Shown piece by piece: positions 44,801 to 55,504 of a stretch of DNA of 64,000 nucleotides; position 1 is the stretch's first letter, and each line of letters begins with the position of its first letter. The position numbers and the translations under genes are program-made. Below the pieces are notes generated by a model. The model saw only the letters and a list, made by a program, of their open reading frames with translations, was not told the origin of the DNA and made no database searches. The DNA is from Porphyridium purpureum (lineage: Eukaryota): NCBI GenBank assembly GCA_008690995.1, contig VRMN01000004.1:124001-188000 (forward strand), in the 5' to 3' direction.

Positions 44801-45969
44801 AAACATAAGGTCACAGTGCATCTCCTGCGCAACGGATTCTGTGCGTTGCGGTACGATACGTACCACAGGCGTCTTGTGACCCGTTGTCTTTCCTTTGATC
44901 CTCGAGACATCCTTACCCCAAATGCACACTGCCCTGTCGATGTCAGCCACTGTGAAGTCACAATGCTCAATGTCTCCTCGCCTTAGCATGGTTTTCACAA
45001 CATCAATCGACGGATATCCCAAGCACCGTTGCAGCTCCATGGCCTCAGCAGCACGCTTGATTTCTCGTTTTGTGAAACTGCGTTCGGTCTGTACAGGTTC
45101 ACTGGTCGCGTTGGGGACCTGCTGCGGTGAGTATGAACGTGTCAAAACTTTGGAGTTTCTCCTACAAGCTGTACTTCTGCTCTGCAAGGTTAAATATTCC
45201 ATGCAGGTAGCTGCCTCTTGCAGCTGTCGCAGACGGCGTCGTGGGGCGTACAGCACAGCCTCACCTCGTGCGTAAATAGCGCGCCCCACTTTAGGGGGTG
45301 CGCCGTGGGATGCGAAGGTTAGAAGTAGAGATTAGCGTGGAGAATAGATAAGACTAAAAGTTTGTTGTGCTAAAAAGTGGCAAGGGGCTGAGAAGCTACC
45401 TCCTGCGAAGCCGACCGCGCATACGCTGTGGGAATCCCATTGGCGGCCGCGTAGCAGCCTTCTCCGCGCTGTATACGTCTCTCCGGGGTTGCTCACACCC
45501 CGTGAAACCGGTTAGAAAAAGCGACAGAACGAGCAGTCGCGGAGTACGTCAAACGCTTCTCCTTGGCATCAAAGTTTGATACATAGAGGCGAGCCTTTCG
45601 ATAGAAGCCGACTTCCGTGGGCGCGTTTCCTCGCGCTCCAGTGCCAACAAAGAACGCATCCTCCTCAACTGAGTACCGCACTGGGCGCCCAGACTCCAGT
45701 AAACGGCTAAAGGACAGAACGTTTCCTGCCACTTTGTCCGAATAATACACCGTACCGAAGATTGTCTCTCCCACTTCATCTATCAAAACACCGTCCGTCC
45801 CCCGCTCAATACCGGACAACAAAATAACATCTTTGGTTTTTCTTATGCTCGTCAGCAATGCACGAGATGCAAAAACATGCTCGCTGGACATCGTGTCGAT
45901 CCCGATCGACTGTGCTTCTGTGCTGATCGCCCGGAGAGCCACACGAACCGTACACTCCAGGCCGCATCC
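41822..45969 (-). pseudogene. pol: Pol of Copia D, interrupted by a solo LTR
   Basis: IDTMSSEH, HCDLMF, KTDPE, ERAIRT, KARLVAGG, VHVDD, SSTEAE, DVLTKP; the frame is restored (ATAR/SYSPQQ) when 45140-45531 is removed. Confidence 0.9.
45140..45526. mobile_element. Solo LTR (E) of an unidentified family
   Basis: 387 bp, TGTC...GACA termini, TSD GAACG at 45135-45139 and 45527-45531. Confidence 0.8.
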
Positions 45970-47067
45970 TCACTCTTCTGAGTCCGTGCCTGAGCTCTCA
46001 CGCGATTCGTCATCTCCACGATGTTTGGCCCAGTCAGCGAACTTTGTGTGCCCTTCACGCGGACGCTGCCCTGAAGCCTCGGATTTGGTGGCCATTTTTT
46101 CCATTTCGGCCTTCAGGCTCTCTATTTCCTTCCTCAGCTCCAGAACGAGCTTCGAATCATTTGTGCCTTTGTCTTTGGTCTTGAGAGGACACGTACGAGC
46201 GTAATGTCCTTTCTTCTTGCAAATGCCACACGGCTTCACGACGGGTGTATCCTGCGAAATGCTTGAGCTCTGTGCGCGTATTGCAAAGGTCTTACTGCTT
46301 GTGTTCGTTGCATAATGGTAAGTCTGAAGGTACTGAACTACCTCATTGACAGTCGCAAGAGCTCTACCAGTATTGGCAGCGTTACGTACCGCTTCTTCAT
46401 ACTTCCCGACAGCTACGTTTTGAAGAAACTCTTCAGCAATGCGCTCTTCCTCCATTCCCGCTTCTTGTACAAGAGCCATCACCATGACAGCGGCAGAGAA
46501 ACGCTCCCGAAATTGTTCGATAGTTTCACCGTTCTCCATGGCAGTTTCCTGGAAGCGAGCACGCGCGAACGTCTTGCGCTTCATGTCGCTCGCTCCCACA
46601 GGTGTCATGTGCATGACCACTATCAGTTTCTTCATTTCTAGTGGATCGTTTCCGGCTGCAGTCAGGTCTTTCCACGCGCTCATCGTCTCCAGCACATCCA
46701 GAGAAGTGCGCGACAGCTGCCCAACAATCAAGCCACATATCTTCTCCCGCACAAGCGTCGTGTGCTTGTGCCACTCGGCATACGCTTGGATTTGCAATCT
46801 TGCAAACTCCCTCTCTCGCCAATTCTCAGGCTCTTGCGCCGCCGGAATGCCCGGCCCGCTTGGATAATGCGCTCGTGCCTGATCCATTTCGAAGATGGCT
46901 CCGATTGATCCAAATTCTGCTTTAGTGTAATGCTCCAGTGCCCGCAACCATGCCACAACTTCATAGGCCGGTCGCATATGGGCAGCATTAAACTCTAGGA
47001 TCGGGAGGGACTCCACGACTCCCTTGCGCGGATAGGTCTCCTTCCCCTTGTTCGCTCGAGCGGCCAT
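45970..47067 (-). CDS. gag: Gag of Copia D
   Basis: 365 aa with CGICKKKGHYARTC knuckle. Confidence 0.85.
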   Translation of the reverse strand: MAARANKGKETYPRKGVVESLPILEFNAAHMRPAYEVVAWLRALEHYTKAEFGSIGAIFEMDQARAHYPSGPGIPAAQEPENWREREFARLQIQAYAEWHKHTTLVREKICGLIVGQLSRTSLDVLETMSAWKDLTAAGNDPLEMKKLIVVMHMTPVGASDMKRKTFARARFQETAMENGETIEQFRERFSAAVMVMALVQEAGMEEERIAEEFLQNVAVGKYEEAVRNAANTGRALATVNEVVQYLQTYHYATNTSSKTFAIRAQSSSISQDTPVVKPCGICKKKGHYARTCPLKTKDKGTNDSKLVLELRKEIESLKAEMEKMATKSEASGQRPREGHTKFADWAKHRGDDESRESSGTDSEE

Positions 47068-47441
47068 CCTTGTTGGCCTCTCCTACCACCACGCGTCTGA
47101 GCTTTTAGTCCCACAACGGACCCCCAAATACGCGTTGTGCTTTACTCCACGCTCCTTCGCGCCTCGGAGGAGTTGAAAGTGTTTGTGTTATAGAGCCGTG
47201 ACTCTAACGCACCCGGTAGGTCCCCTCGGCAATCGACTCTTCACCCGCGTGTCGACGCTCCAACCTTTATTGCCACTCACGACAAACACTCTTCGCCTAA
47301 CTTAAACTATCGCAGCCGCCGCAGACGTTTCTGAGATGTCATGCTTGTACGATTCTCCCATGCTGTCACGTCTCTGACTAGTATTGGCTGCATACGGTTT
47401 ACCTAGCTCGCGCACACAGCATAACATTGGATGCTTGCCGG

Positions 47442-47473
47442 AACCCTAACCGGAGCCGTAACCCTAACCCTAA
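47442..47473. promoter_or_regulatory. Three AACCCTAA telo-box-like motifs
   Basis: AACCCTAACCGGAGCCGTAACCCTAACCCTAA directly beside the nest insertion site and upstream of the S1 gene. Confidence 0.5.
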
Positions 47474-47584
47474 TTGCAGAGCGAGAGTTTTTGAGATGAG
47501 CGCGGCCGGAAGGCACGCGCCGGTGGTGGCCAAGTGCGCAGACAAGCGCGTGACGAACGGTGCGAAGGGCGTTTGCGTGACATC

Positions 47585-48508
47585 ATGGATTGTGCTTTTA
47601 CGGGGAGTGCGAGCGGCGCTTGGACACCGCGAGCAGCGCGCGCGACAGCATTGAATGGCGCCAACGTCGCTGGGCTTCGCATCCACGCTGCGCGGGATGG
47701 CGGCATGCCGCGTGTAGAGGCGCGCACACGGCGTCGTTGCGGGCGCGTTCACGCGACACCCGCGAGGAATGTGGCGGCTGCTATGACTATGACTGCTGCA
47801 GAGCAAGAAAATGTCAGTGAGGACAAGGAAGCGGGCTCAACGGAGAAGACGTGGCCCGAGAAAAAGGGGCTGGAGCACTTCCAGATGGGACAAAAGGTGA
47901 CGGGAAAGGTCTTTCGTCTGGTGCCCTTTGGCGCATTTGTGGACATTGGTGCTACCAAGGCTGGGCTGCTGCATGTGCGCGACATGAGTACCGAGTTTGT
48001 GGATAGGCCTGAAGACGTGGTCTCGAATAAGCAAGTGGTCGAGGTGTATATCAAATATCTGGACGTCGAGCAGCAGAAACTTGCGCTGTCCCTGCTACCA
48101 CGAACCGCGACCTCCAGGGATAAGAATCTCGCAAACTTTGCGCTCGGTGAGGAGGTAAAGGGTACAGTGCAGCGCGTCACAAATTATGGCGTGTTTCTGG
48201 ACGTCGGGGCAAGCTGCGACGCGTTTTTGCATGTCAGCGACATCTGGGGCCGGCGGCCGCGCGAGACCATGGAGTCGATGCGCTTTGGTGAGACGGTTCG
48301 AGCGTGGGTAAGCCACATTGATGAGACGAAGAGCTTTTTGCGCGTGAGTGCGCGCGCTTCCAGAAAGGACAAAAAAGCAGCGCGGTCAGATTCTGAGGCA
48401 CTGGTTGATATTACGGAGGTTTTCAAGCGGCCGTCGCAATCATCCGCGAATGCTGATGAAACCAAGGATTATATGTTTGAAGAGGACGGCGGGTCTGACT
48501 ACTCGTAG
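47585..48508 (+). CDS. Plastid-targeted protein with two S1 RNA-binding domains (RPS1/PSRP-7-like)
   Basis: GKVFRLVPFGAFVDIGATKAGLLHVRDM and GTVQRVTNYGVFLDVGASCDAFLHVSDI; transit-like N-terminus. Confidence 0.85.
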   Translation: MDCAFTGSASGAWTPRAARATALNGANVAGLRIHAARDGGMPRVEARTRRRCGRVHATPARNVAAAMTMTAAEQENVSEDKEAGSTEKTWPEKKGLEHFQMGQKVTGKVFRLVPFGAFVDIGATKAGLLHVRDMSTEFVDRPEDVVSNKQVVEVYIKYLDVEQQKLALSLLPRTATSRDKNLANFALGEEVKGTVQRVTNYGVFLDVGASCDAFLHVSDIWGRRPRETMESMRFGETVRAWVSHIDETKSFLRVSARASRKDKKAARSDSEALVDITEVFKRPSQSSANADETKDYMFEEDGGSDYS

Positions 48509-48707
48509 ACCTGTGCAGATGATACGAAAGATGCGTCGCTGCTGGGCAGATTGTTGTTTTCACCACATAATCACGAGGACGCTCCGACCCACAGCAAATT
48601 GGACAAAACTCTTGCTCGGATCCGGAAAAACTTTGGGGCTATTTTTTATAAAGAAGAAAAACCAGAACGAAAGTCGGACGTACACTCAACCCTCTTCAGA
48701 TAAACTA

Positions 48708-50123
48708 CTATAGGGATTCCCCAAGCTTCGAGAGCATTTTCCACACTTCCATGTTACCTTCAATGAGGCCTTGACTGGCGTACGGAATATCATACTTGCT
48801 GCAAAACTTGGTGAGAATTTCGCGCGCCTTGGGTAAGCTGTGTCGGGGCAGCTGAGGCCAGATGTGGTGCTCAATCTGGTAGCTGAGGCCACCGCTGAAC
48901 CACCGATTGAAAGCCGTCGGCTCAATATTTCTCGTCGTCAGGACCTGCATCTGGACAAAGTCGGTTGACTTCATTTCTTCCTCGGAGAGGACTTTCATCG
49001 CGTTGTGCCCGACGGTGAACACGACGCCGAGTAGCACACCACCCATCGCCTGGCTCACCACCAAAAAGAGCGCGACATGGACCCAGCTCTTGAGCAAGGA
49101 CAGCAAGTAGAAGTAGGCGCCGTGATGCATGAGAAGCGCGACGATCTCCACCGCGCGCCAGCTGTTTCCGCCCACAAAGTTCCAGACCGGCGCGCGCTGG
49201 AAGAGAAGGCTCTGCAGGAGCCAGCTGATGCGCGCCACGCACAGAACCGGCCAGTAAAAGATCTTCTGGTTCTTCATGAGGAACATGGGCAGATCCTCCA
49301 TCTCCTTGCTATCACCCTCGATGAGTTTCTCGCTCCACAAGAGCACGGGCACAGTGTCGATGTCTGGGTCTGGCCCAGCGGCCGTTGACGTCACGTTTGG
49401 AGCGGCGTGGTGGTGGTTGTGCTTCATCTTCCACCAGGATACCGAAAAGCCCTGATAGACATTACCAACAACAAGACCGACCAGGTTGTTGAACACCCTG
49501 TTCTTGAACACCTGATGGTGCAGAAAGTCGTGTGCGAGCCAGCCGCACTGCTGCCAGAAGAGTGCCATGGTGAACGCGGCGAGCGCCGTGACGATCATCG
49601 AGTCCTTCATGCCGAGCGCCATGACCACCGAGAGGGCGCAAATCGCAGACGTGGACAGGAACTTGAACAGGTAGAAGAACTTGTTCGAGTCGAACGCGCG
49701 CAGCTTGACAAGTTCCGCACGCATCTTTCGGATATCAGCTTGGTACTCGTGTGGCGAATGCCCATTAAGCTGCTTAGACGGTTTGGCAGAGAGCGCGTCC
49801 TCCTCGAGGTTTCCCACGAGGAACTGCGGCATCATTTTCCACGTGGCGGGCGTGTGAAACGCGGCAAACACGTCCGTTGCGTCCTGCCCGGCGGCGGTCA
49901 GAATGATCTCGCCGCCAGGGTGAACGTTCTCAAAGCCGGTCACATCGTACACACGGCCGTTCACCGCAATCCACACCGACTCCCTTGAGGCGTGCCCCGC
50001 GAGCTCCTTCCTGGTCACCACGCGCTCGGCCGGACTCAGCGCGTTGGCCGTCGCGCCAGAGACTACTTCTTTGACCGCGCTCACGCCGCGGTCCTTGCTT
50101 CCGGAGTCCACATTCGGCGCCAT
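48708..50123 (-). CDS. Front-end (probably delta-6) fatty acid desaturase with cytochrome b5 domain
   Basis: HPGG, HDFLHH, HNHHH and QIEHH boxes; likely start MAPNVDS at 50123 (471 aa). Confidence 0.93.
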   Translation of the reverse strand: MAPNVDSGSKDRGVSAVKEVVSGATANALSPAERVVTRKELAGHASRESVWIAVNGRVYDVTGFENVHPGGEIILTAAGQDATDVFAAFHTPATWKMMPQFLVGNLEEDALSAKPSKQLNGHSPHEYQADIRKMRAELVKLRAFDSNKFFYLFKFLSTSAICALSVVMALGMKDSMIVTALAAFTMALFWQQCGWLAHDFLHHQVFKNRVFNNLVGLVVGNVYQGFSVSWWKMKHNHHHAAPNVTSTAAGPDPDIDTVPVLLWSEKLIEGDSKEMEDLPMFLMKNQKIFYWPVLCVARISWLLQSLLFQRAPVWNFVGGNSWRAVEIVALLMHHGAYFYLLSLLKSWVHVALFLVVSQAMGGVLLGVVFTVGHNAMKVLSEEEMKSTDFVQMQVLTTRNIEPTAFNRWFSGGLSYQIEHHIWPQLPRHSLPKAREILTKFCSKYDIPYASQGLIEGNMEVWKMLSKLGESL

Positions 50124-50966
50124 CAAATGCCTCCACCCGCTTGTCCACACCACCCACCAACCCCCGCCTCCCGTCCGATCCCGCCGCACACCACGCCCAC
50201 ACCCTCTGCTTCCTCCCCTCTTTCCCCTCCGTCCCACACACTCCACGCTTTTCACTTCCGCTATATACCCTATACAACCCCAACACCCAACACCCCACCT
50301 ACCCCAACTTCGGCGCAGTCCCAACCACCGCACAAACCCCACCACCCCCAACTCGCTGGACTTCCCTCCCAACCGCGTCGTTAACTTCCTATCCAAACAC
50401 CCACTTCCAATCACACACCCACTCCGCGTCTGCGCGTGTTTCGGTATCGCCCGCGCGACGTCGCTCCAAAACACTAGCAGGCTGATACACCAACACCACC
50501 ACCACCATAAAACACTCAACAGAACAAACCGGACTAGCGCTTTTGCGTGCCTTTCGATTTCTTTCCGTCTGGTTTTGTCCCTGTCCTCCGCGTTGAGTGA
50601 GCTCACGGGGGACGCTCGTTTTGGGTGGCAAACACCACGACAACTGACTTGCGCAAAGCACAACTTTCGATCGGATTCTTCTCCCCAGATGCTTACAGCC
50701 TCGTTGTACTAGTGGTAAGACTAGTCCTGCTCGTCGTATAAGAAGCCGCCTGTTTTCTTATCGGCAACGCTCCTCGATCGAGTCACAGAACACACGGACA
50801 CTGTACCGTGTCCGTTCGGGTCTGCCGCGCGGTGCGGCGGGCCACCGCGCGCTTGTGGCCACACAGAAAAGGATTCGGTACAGTGGGTGTACACTGGTTG
50901 GTTGCGGCGCGTCGCCCGGGTAGGGTTACGACTGTACTTTGCACGAAAAGGCAGCGGGGTACAGCT

Positions 50967-51932
50967 TTACGCGTGCGTCTTTGCGCAGTGCGCAATGTCG
51001 TCCGACTCGAGGATGAGTGGGGGCGCCGCGCGGTGCGGAGGCTGTGCGTCAGTCGTGAACGCCTGGCCTTGTGCCTGCAGGTAGCCAGTGGCGCCGAGCA
51101 CCGCGCATTTCGAGAGGTCGTCCACGCTGGTAGGTGGGCTGAACGCCAGCTCGAACGGCCCGCCAAGTTTCGACACCGCGCGCGCGGCTTGCGTCTGGTT
51201 GAACGCGTGCAGCGGCTTGCCGATCAGCTGCAGCGGCACGTTCAACGAGACGTTCACTTTCGGAATGGATATCTGGCGCGCGCCGTACACAAATGCAGGC
51301 CGGAGGATCGTCGCGTCCTTGCCAAACAGCTCCCCGGCAACCTGCTCGGCCATCTTTTTGCCTTCAAAGTACCCGCGCATGAACGCTGGCTGGAACGCGT
51401 ACATGCGCGCAGACACAAACACAAAGCGAGGCACTCCTGCCTCGTGCGCAGCTCGAGCAACGCTCACATTCGTGTCGCCGCAGATGCGTCGCATCTGCTC
51501 GTTCGAACCAAACCCGCCCACACAACTTACCACTCCGCTTGCCCCGCTCAGTGCATACTTCCAGCTCTCCGGCTCGAGCGCGTCGCCACGCAGCCACGCC
51601 ACGCCGTCCAGGGATGCGTCCTTTAGTTGCGCAGACGAGGCGCCTGACCGACTGATGCACAACACGCTGAGGCCGCATCGCTTCGCGTACCGAGCGATAT
51701 GCGATCCCACGTACCCTGCGCCTCCCACCACTACCAGCGTCTTGCGCTCGGGACTCTCATTTCCACTTTGCTCTTGCGCCTGCGCTTCGCCACTACTGGT
51801 CTGCGTGCACAGCCACTGCCTCCCTGGCAGCGAATTTTCCCGCGGCGCGCGCCACGACGAGCACAGCGTCTGCGCACGACACCACCGAGCGTACGCCTGT
51901 TGCACGCCGCGCGCATTCACCAGGAGCTGCAT
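50967..51932 (-). CDS. NAD(P)-binding Rossmann-fold protein (atypical SDR, COQ11/NDUFA9-like)
   Basis: VVGGAGYVGSHI, FVFVSA, YFEGKKMAE, LRPAFVYG. Confidence 0.8.
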   Translation of the reverse strand: MQLLVNARGVQQAYARWCRAQTLCSSWRAPRENSLPGRQWLCTQTSSGEAQAQEQSGNESPERKTLVVVGGAGYVGSHIARYAKRCGLSVLCISRSGASSAQLKDASLDGVAWLRGDALEPESWKYALSGASGVVSCVGGFGSNEQMRRICGDTNVSVARAAHEAGVPRFVFVSARMYAFQPAFMRGYFEGKKMAEQVAGELFGKDATILRPAFVYGARQISIPKVNVSLNVPLQLIGKPLHAFNQTQAARAVSKLGGPFELAFSPPTSVDDLSKCAVLGATGYLQAQGQAFTTDAQPPHRAAPPLILESDDIAHCAKTHA

Positions 51933-52250
51933 CTTATGCGCGCTGCAGTCGGACCCGCTCCCACGTCGTGCCGGCTTGGCGTGCAGAGGTATCACGTCTC
52001 ACTCTGTCTGGAGCGCGGTCTCAACCCCAAGACCATGTGCTGCGTTCCAGACCTGCGCGCTCCAGCAACAACCACGAACGCGCCCATGGCGTTCCATTGT
52101 CATTACTGTACTCACTGAATCTCATACTAAACTGCACCTCGTTTTATAGTAAACCACAGATCTTGCCCAATGAAACGGCGCACGGACGTGAACCGTTTCC
52201 GCGGTCGGCATGTGCGTGCATGCCCGTGGGTTTTGACATTCTTGTCACAC

Positions 52251-53189
52251 TCACTCTTTGCGATAAATATACGCTGTCGATCGTCCTGTATCCCGGTTAC
52301 TCCCTTCCAGCTCGTCTTCCAAGATAAACCCGATTTCAGCACCTTCGATCAGCCGCTTGTCGATGGTAACGACAGACGCGCCGCTCTTCAACGCTTTGCC
52401 CAGCATGCCCGAAAGCTCTGCAAGGAAGGGACCAGCCGAAGGCCACGTGGTGGCATAGCACCATACCACATTGAACGAGCTAAGATCCTCCATCGCTCGG
52501 TAGTCGATGAGACGCAGTTCGCCTGGCGCCATCGGCAGCGATTCTGTTCCTCCGGTGGCAAACTGTTCTGCGCTCTGCAACCTGGTCAGCGCGTCTTGAT
52601 GAAGCGCAGATAGGATCTCCACACCAACCACTGCGATACTCTCTGGGTACAAAAGTCGAGCGGCAAGGACCAGTCTTCCAGAGCCAGATCCAATATCCAA
52701 CATTCGCACAGGTTGCGAATGATTCTGCATGACCCTGCGCAGGATGCGAACAAACAGGAGCAGATCGAGTTCGCCATACGTCATACTCTTGTCTGTATAC
52801 GATCCACGCTCTTCGACGGCGGCCGAGTTTGCCAGCGAACGCCGCTGCAAAAAGTCTGCGTTCACCGAGCCCCGCTCGTACACGTTCAACACAAGCCGCA
52901 GAGCGGCAGCCTCGCGCGATGAAAGCGCTGCGGCGCGCTTGCGTGTTCCCTGGACCGATCTCACTGTCACGACCGCGGCCGCGGCCAGCAGCCCAAACGC
53001 CAGCAGCGCCGCACCAATCACGCGGCCTGGATCCACATCCGGCTGCAAGCCCATCCGCAGCCGCGCTCGGATGGAGCGTCTGTCGTGTCCACGTGGAACG
53101 CGCGGCCGGCTTTCACATGATCCAGGCGCTCGCCTGCATCGCGGAACGTTCAGAGCACGGGGACTACATCCCACGAAACCACACCGCAT
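52251..53189 (-). CDS. SAM-dependent methyltransferase (DOT1-like fold), probably organellar
   Basis: MTYGEL, LDIGSGSGRLVLAA, GVEILSALH; transit-like start and one hydrophobic segment. Confidence 0.75.
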   Translation of the reverse strand: MRCGFVGCSPRALNVPRCRRAPGSCESRPRVPRGHDRRSIRARLRMGLQPDVDPGRVIGAALLAFGLLAAAAVVTVRSVQGTRKRAAALSSREAAALRLVLNVYERGSVNADFLQRRSLANSAAVEERGSYTDKSMTYGELDLLLFVRILRRVMQNHSQPVRMLDIGSGSGRLVLAARLLYPESIAVVGVEILSALHQDALTRLQSAEQFATGGTESLPMAPGELRLIDYRAMEDLSSFNVVWCYATTWPSAGPFLAELSGMLGKALKSGASVVTIDKRLIEGAEIGFILEDELEGSNRDTGRSTAYIYRKE

Positions 53190-53395
53190 GTCAACATGTG
53201 ACGTGCGGAACGAATGCTGGCTTCCCGAATCTCGCACGGCTCCGCAAGCATGCGAGCTCAATCGCCTGACACTGTACACCCAGCATTGGATAGCTAATCG
53301 CGAGTAGTGTACAGTTGGAAAGATCGATACGCAGCAGGCGTGAAGGGTTGGGAGTGACGAAGCACGAGCGCACGAGAAGCGCAGGTGTGAGTGAG

Positions 53396-54667
53396 ATGGC
53401 ATGCTTCCTGTTTTCTGGAGGAAGTGCATGGACACCCGCATCGGCAACAGCGCGGTGCAATGGAACCAACTCGCTGCCGCTGCATGAAAAACGGGCGCGA
53501 CATGCTCCCGGCGCACGAGTCTCATGGCATTGGCGAGTCGGCGCGGCGTCCTTTCCTCGGTCGAGATCAAGGTCTGGGTCGAAGCGCGTCCTAGGAGCAA
53601 CGAATTCGTCGCCGGGTCCGGCTCCGGCTTCGTCGTCGTCGTCGCCTGCGTTTCCCGTGCGGCTGGCGGTGGGTGCGATCATGTTGGGCGTTATGAATCG
53701 AATGTTGTACAAAATGCAGCTCGTGCCGTTAAAGTCGTTTTCCGTGCTGCTCTCGTTGATGGCGCCGGTGCTATACACATCACTCTATGCAGCAGTCATG
53801 ATGGTGCGCATCCGCCAGAAAAAGATCACCGCACCGATGCTCGCGTATGCCAAGAGGCGGAAGAATTCTTTTGTGGTTATCGGTCTGTGCGAGGCCTTGT
53901 CGTTCACAATGCAGGTCTTCTCGGCGCCGCATATTCCCGGCTCCCTCTTGCCGGTACTTGCGCAGGCCATTCTGCTCTTCAGTATGCTGTATTCATCGCT
54001 CATACTCCACACGAGGTATGATGCCATTCAGCTACTAGGCGCATGCGGGACTGTGCTCGGTGTCATTTTGTGCACCATACCCAGTCTTTACTCGTCTGCC
54101 GCGTCCGCGTCCGTTGGTACCGTAATATCTGCCGATGTAATGAAGTACTCTGTCATCTACGCGCTGAGCATGGCGTTTTTAGCAATGGCCGTGACCCTAA
54201 AGGACCGCGCGTTCCGAATGGCAGACCTGCGGCTGGACGTGTTCGTGGTCAACACGTGCGCGTCCTTTTCGCAATTACTCGCGTCTCTTGCGCTTTTGCC
54301 ACTGACTTTGCGCGTGGCGACCTCACTGAGCTTGCATGAGCTCGTTTCCGGCGGATTTGATGTCCTGTCTGGATCGACGTCGCCATACATGCCGTGGCTG
54401 ACGCTAGGTTACTTTAGCGTGAATCTCGCGTTCAACGTGACAAGTCTCAAGCTCATGCGAGAAGCAAGCGCAGTGCAGGCGCTCTTGGTGGGGCTCGTGA
54501 CCGTGCCGCTGAGCGCACTCGTCTTCACGTGCGTTCCGTTGCCTTTGCTACCAAAGTCACCGTTCAGTGCCTTTTTCCTTGTGGGGTTGGCAGTGCTCCT
54601 GACAGGCGTCGTCACGTTCAACTACAAGCAGTTTCAAAGCCCGGCAGTGCAGCCACAAGGGACGTAG
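53396..54667 (+). CDS. CRT-like (chloroquine-resistance transporter-like, CLT) DMT-family transporter
   Basis: Many TM helices; GVMNRMLYKMQLVPL, IPGSLLPVLAQ, LDVFVVNT, NLAFN. Confidence 0.8.
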   Translation: MACFLFSGGSAWTPASATARCNGTNSLPLHEKRARHAPGARVSWHWRVGAASFPRSRSRSGSKRVLGATNSSPGPAPASSSSSPAFPVRLAVGAIMLGVMNRMLYKMQLVPLKSFSVLLSLMAPVLYTSLYAAVMMVRIRQKKITAPMLAYAKRRKNSFVVIGLCEALSFTMQVFSAPHIPGSLLPVLAQAILLFSMLYSSLILHTRYDAIQLLGACGTVLGVILCTIPSLYSSAASASVGTVISADVMKYSVIYALSMAFLAMAVTLKDRAFRMADLRLDVFVVNTCASFSQLLASLALLPLTLRVATSLSLHELVSGGFDVLSGSTSPYMPWLTLGYFSVNLAFNVTSLKLMREASAVQALLVGLVTVPLSALVFTCVPLPLLPKSPFSAFFLVGLAVLLTGVVTFNYKQFQSPAVQPQGT

Positions 54668-54881
54668 TGGGTCGCTGCATGGCTCGTGTGTATTTGACGT
54701 TGTTCCTTTTTTTCGTTTTGAAAGTTGTATATCCTACAATTAGACAGGCACGTCAGGGCAGCTCGAGGGTGCGGAATGGATCGTCCTATTCTCTCCTTTG
54801 TGGACGCGTCTCTTGGTTGCCTATGTGATAATTTGCGCAAGACCCCAGCGAAACATTTTTTTTGGGGCTCAATTCCAAATT

Positions 54882-55504
54882 TCACGACGTAAAAAGCTTT
54901 GCGCGCTCCTTCTCGAGAACGAGCTTGACACGGCTCAGCGCGCTGACGTCGTTCTCTATGGCCTTGAGGTCATCCGCTGTATACGGCGGGGTCAGGCGTA
55001 ACGTGTCTAGAATGATAATACTGTCTTGCGGGCCCCAGCGGCACGGCAGCGTTTTGGACAACGCGCGGAATACCTCGACGCCACGATCCGGAATGCCGAT
55101 GTCATGTCGGCGCTGGTAGTCGCGGATGATGGCGTTGGACACCTTTTCGCGCTCACGAATCTGCTCCCACGGAAGCGGTGGCAGCGGCCGACGCAGCGCC
55201 GCCACGACGGCGGACTTGTCCTCGGGTGTGGTATTGACGACTTCGACCTTGGCAAGCGTTGCAGTTCGGACGAGCACGACCACGTGCGCCCCGTCAGCAG
55301 CGTTGCTCGCATCCTTGAGCGTGTCGCTCTTGTTCTCGACCACCACGGCCGCGCAGTTCATCTCCGGATCAAAGGTAAACAGGCTGCCTGAACCACGTCG
55401 CCACTCGAGGTGGTCATCTTGACCTCGAGCCCGACCATCCAGTCCTTGAGTCCCGCATCGCCACTCCTATTCCCATTCACCGTCTCCATCCCCTCTGCGA
55501 CCAT
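54882..55504 (-). CDS. LSM12: LSM12-like protein (LSm plus anticodon-binding domain) with an apparent 1-nt frameshift near 55388
   Basis: VGLEVKMTTSSGDVVQ/GSLFTFDPE junction needs one extra G; C-terminus IGIPDRGVEVFRALSKTLPCRW..IIILD...PPY. Confidence 0.75.

Larger units (their letters stand above)
40004..47426 (-). mobile_element. Ty1/Copia LTR retrotransposon D, related to A
   Basis: 241-bp LTRs TGTTATAG...CATAACA at 47186-47426 and split at 40004-40201 plus 41753-41795; TSD TTGGA at 39999-40003 and 47427-47431; PPT GGGAGTG. Confidence 0.93.

Noticed and set aside
50124..50663. 180-aa N-terminal extension of the desaturase ORF
   Set aside because: GTG/TTG-type start and G/W-rich translation of a purine-skewed leader; the first ATG at 50123 gives a normal-length enzyme.
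50698..50790. CTAGTGGTAAGA resembling a tRNA D-loop, as in the tRNA-Pro gene
   Set aside because: I could not build an acceptor stem, anticodon arm or T arm, even allowing introns or permutation; it is just an ACTAGT-ACTAGT hairpin.
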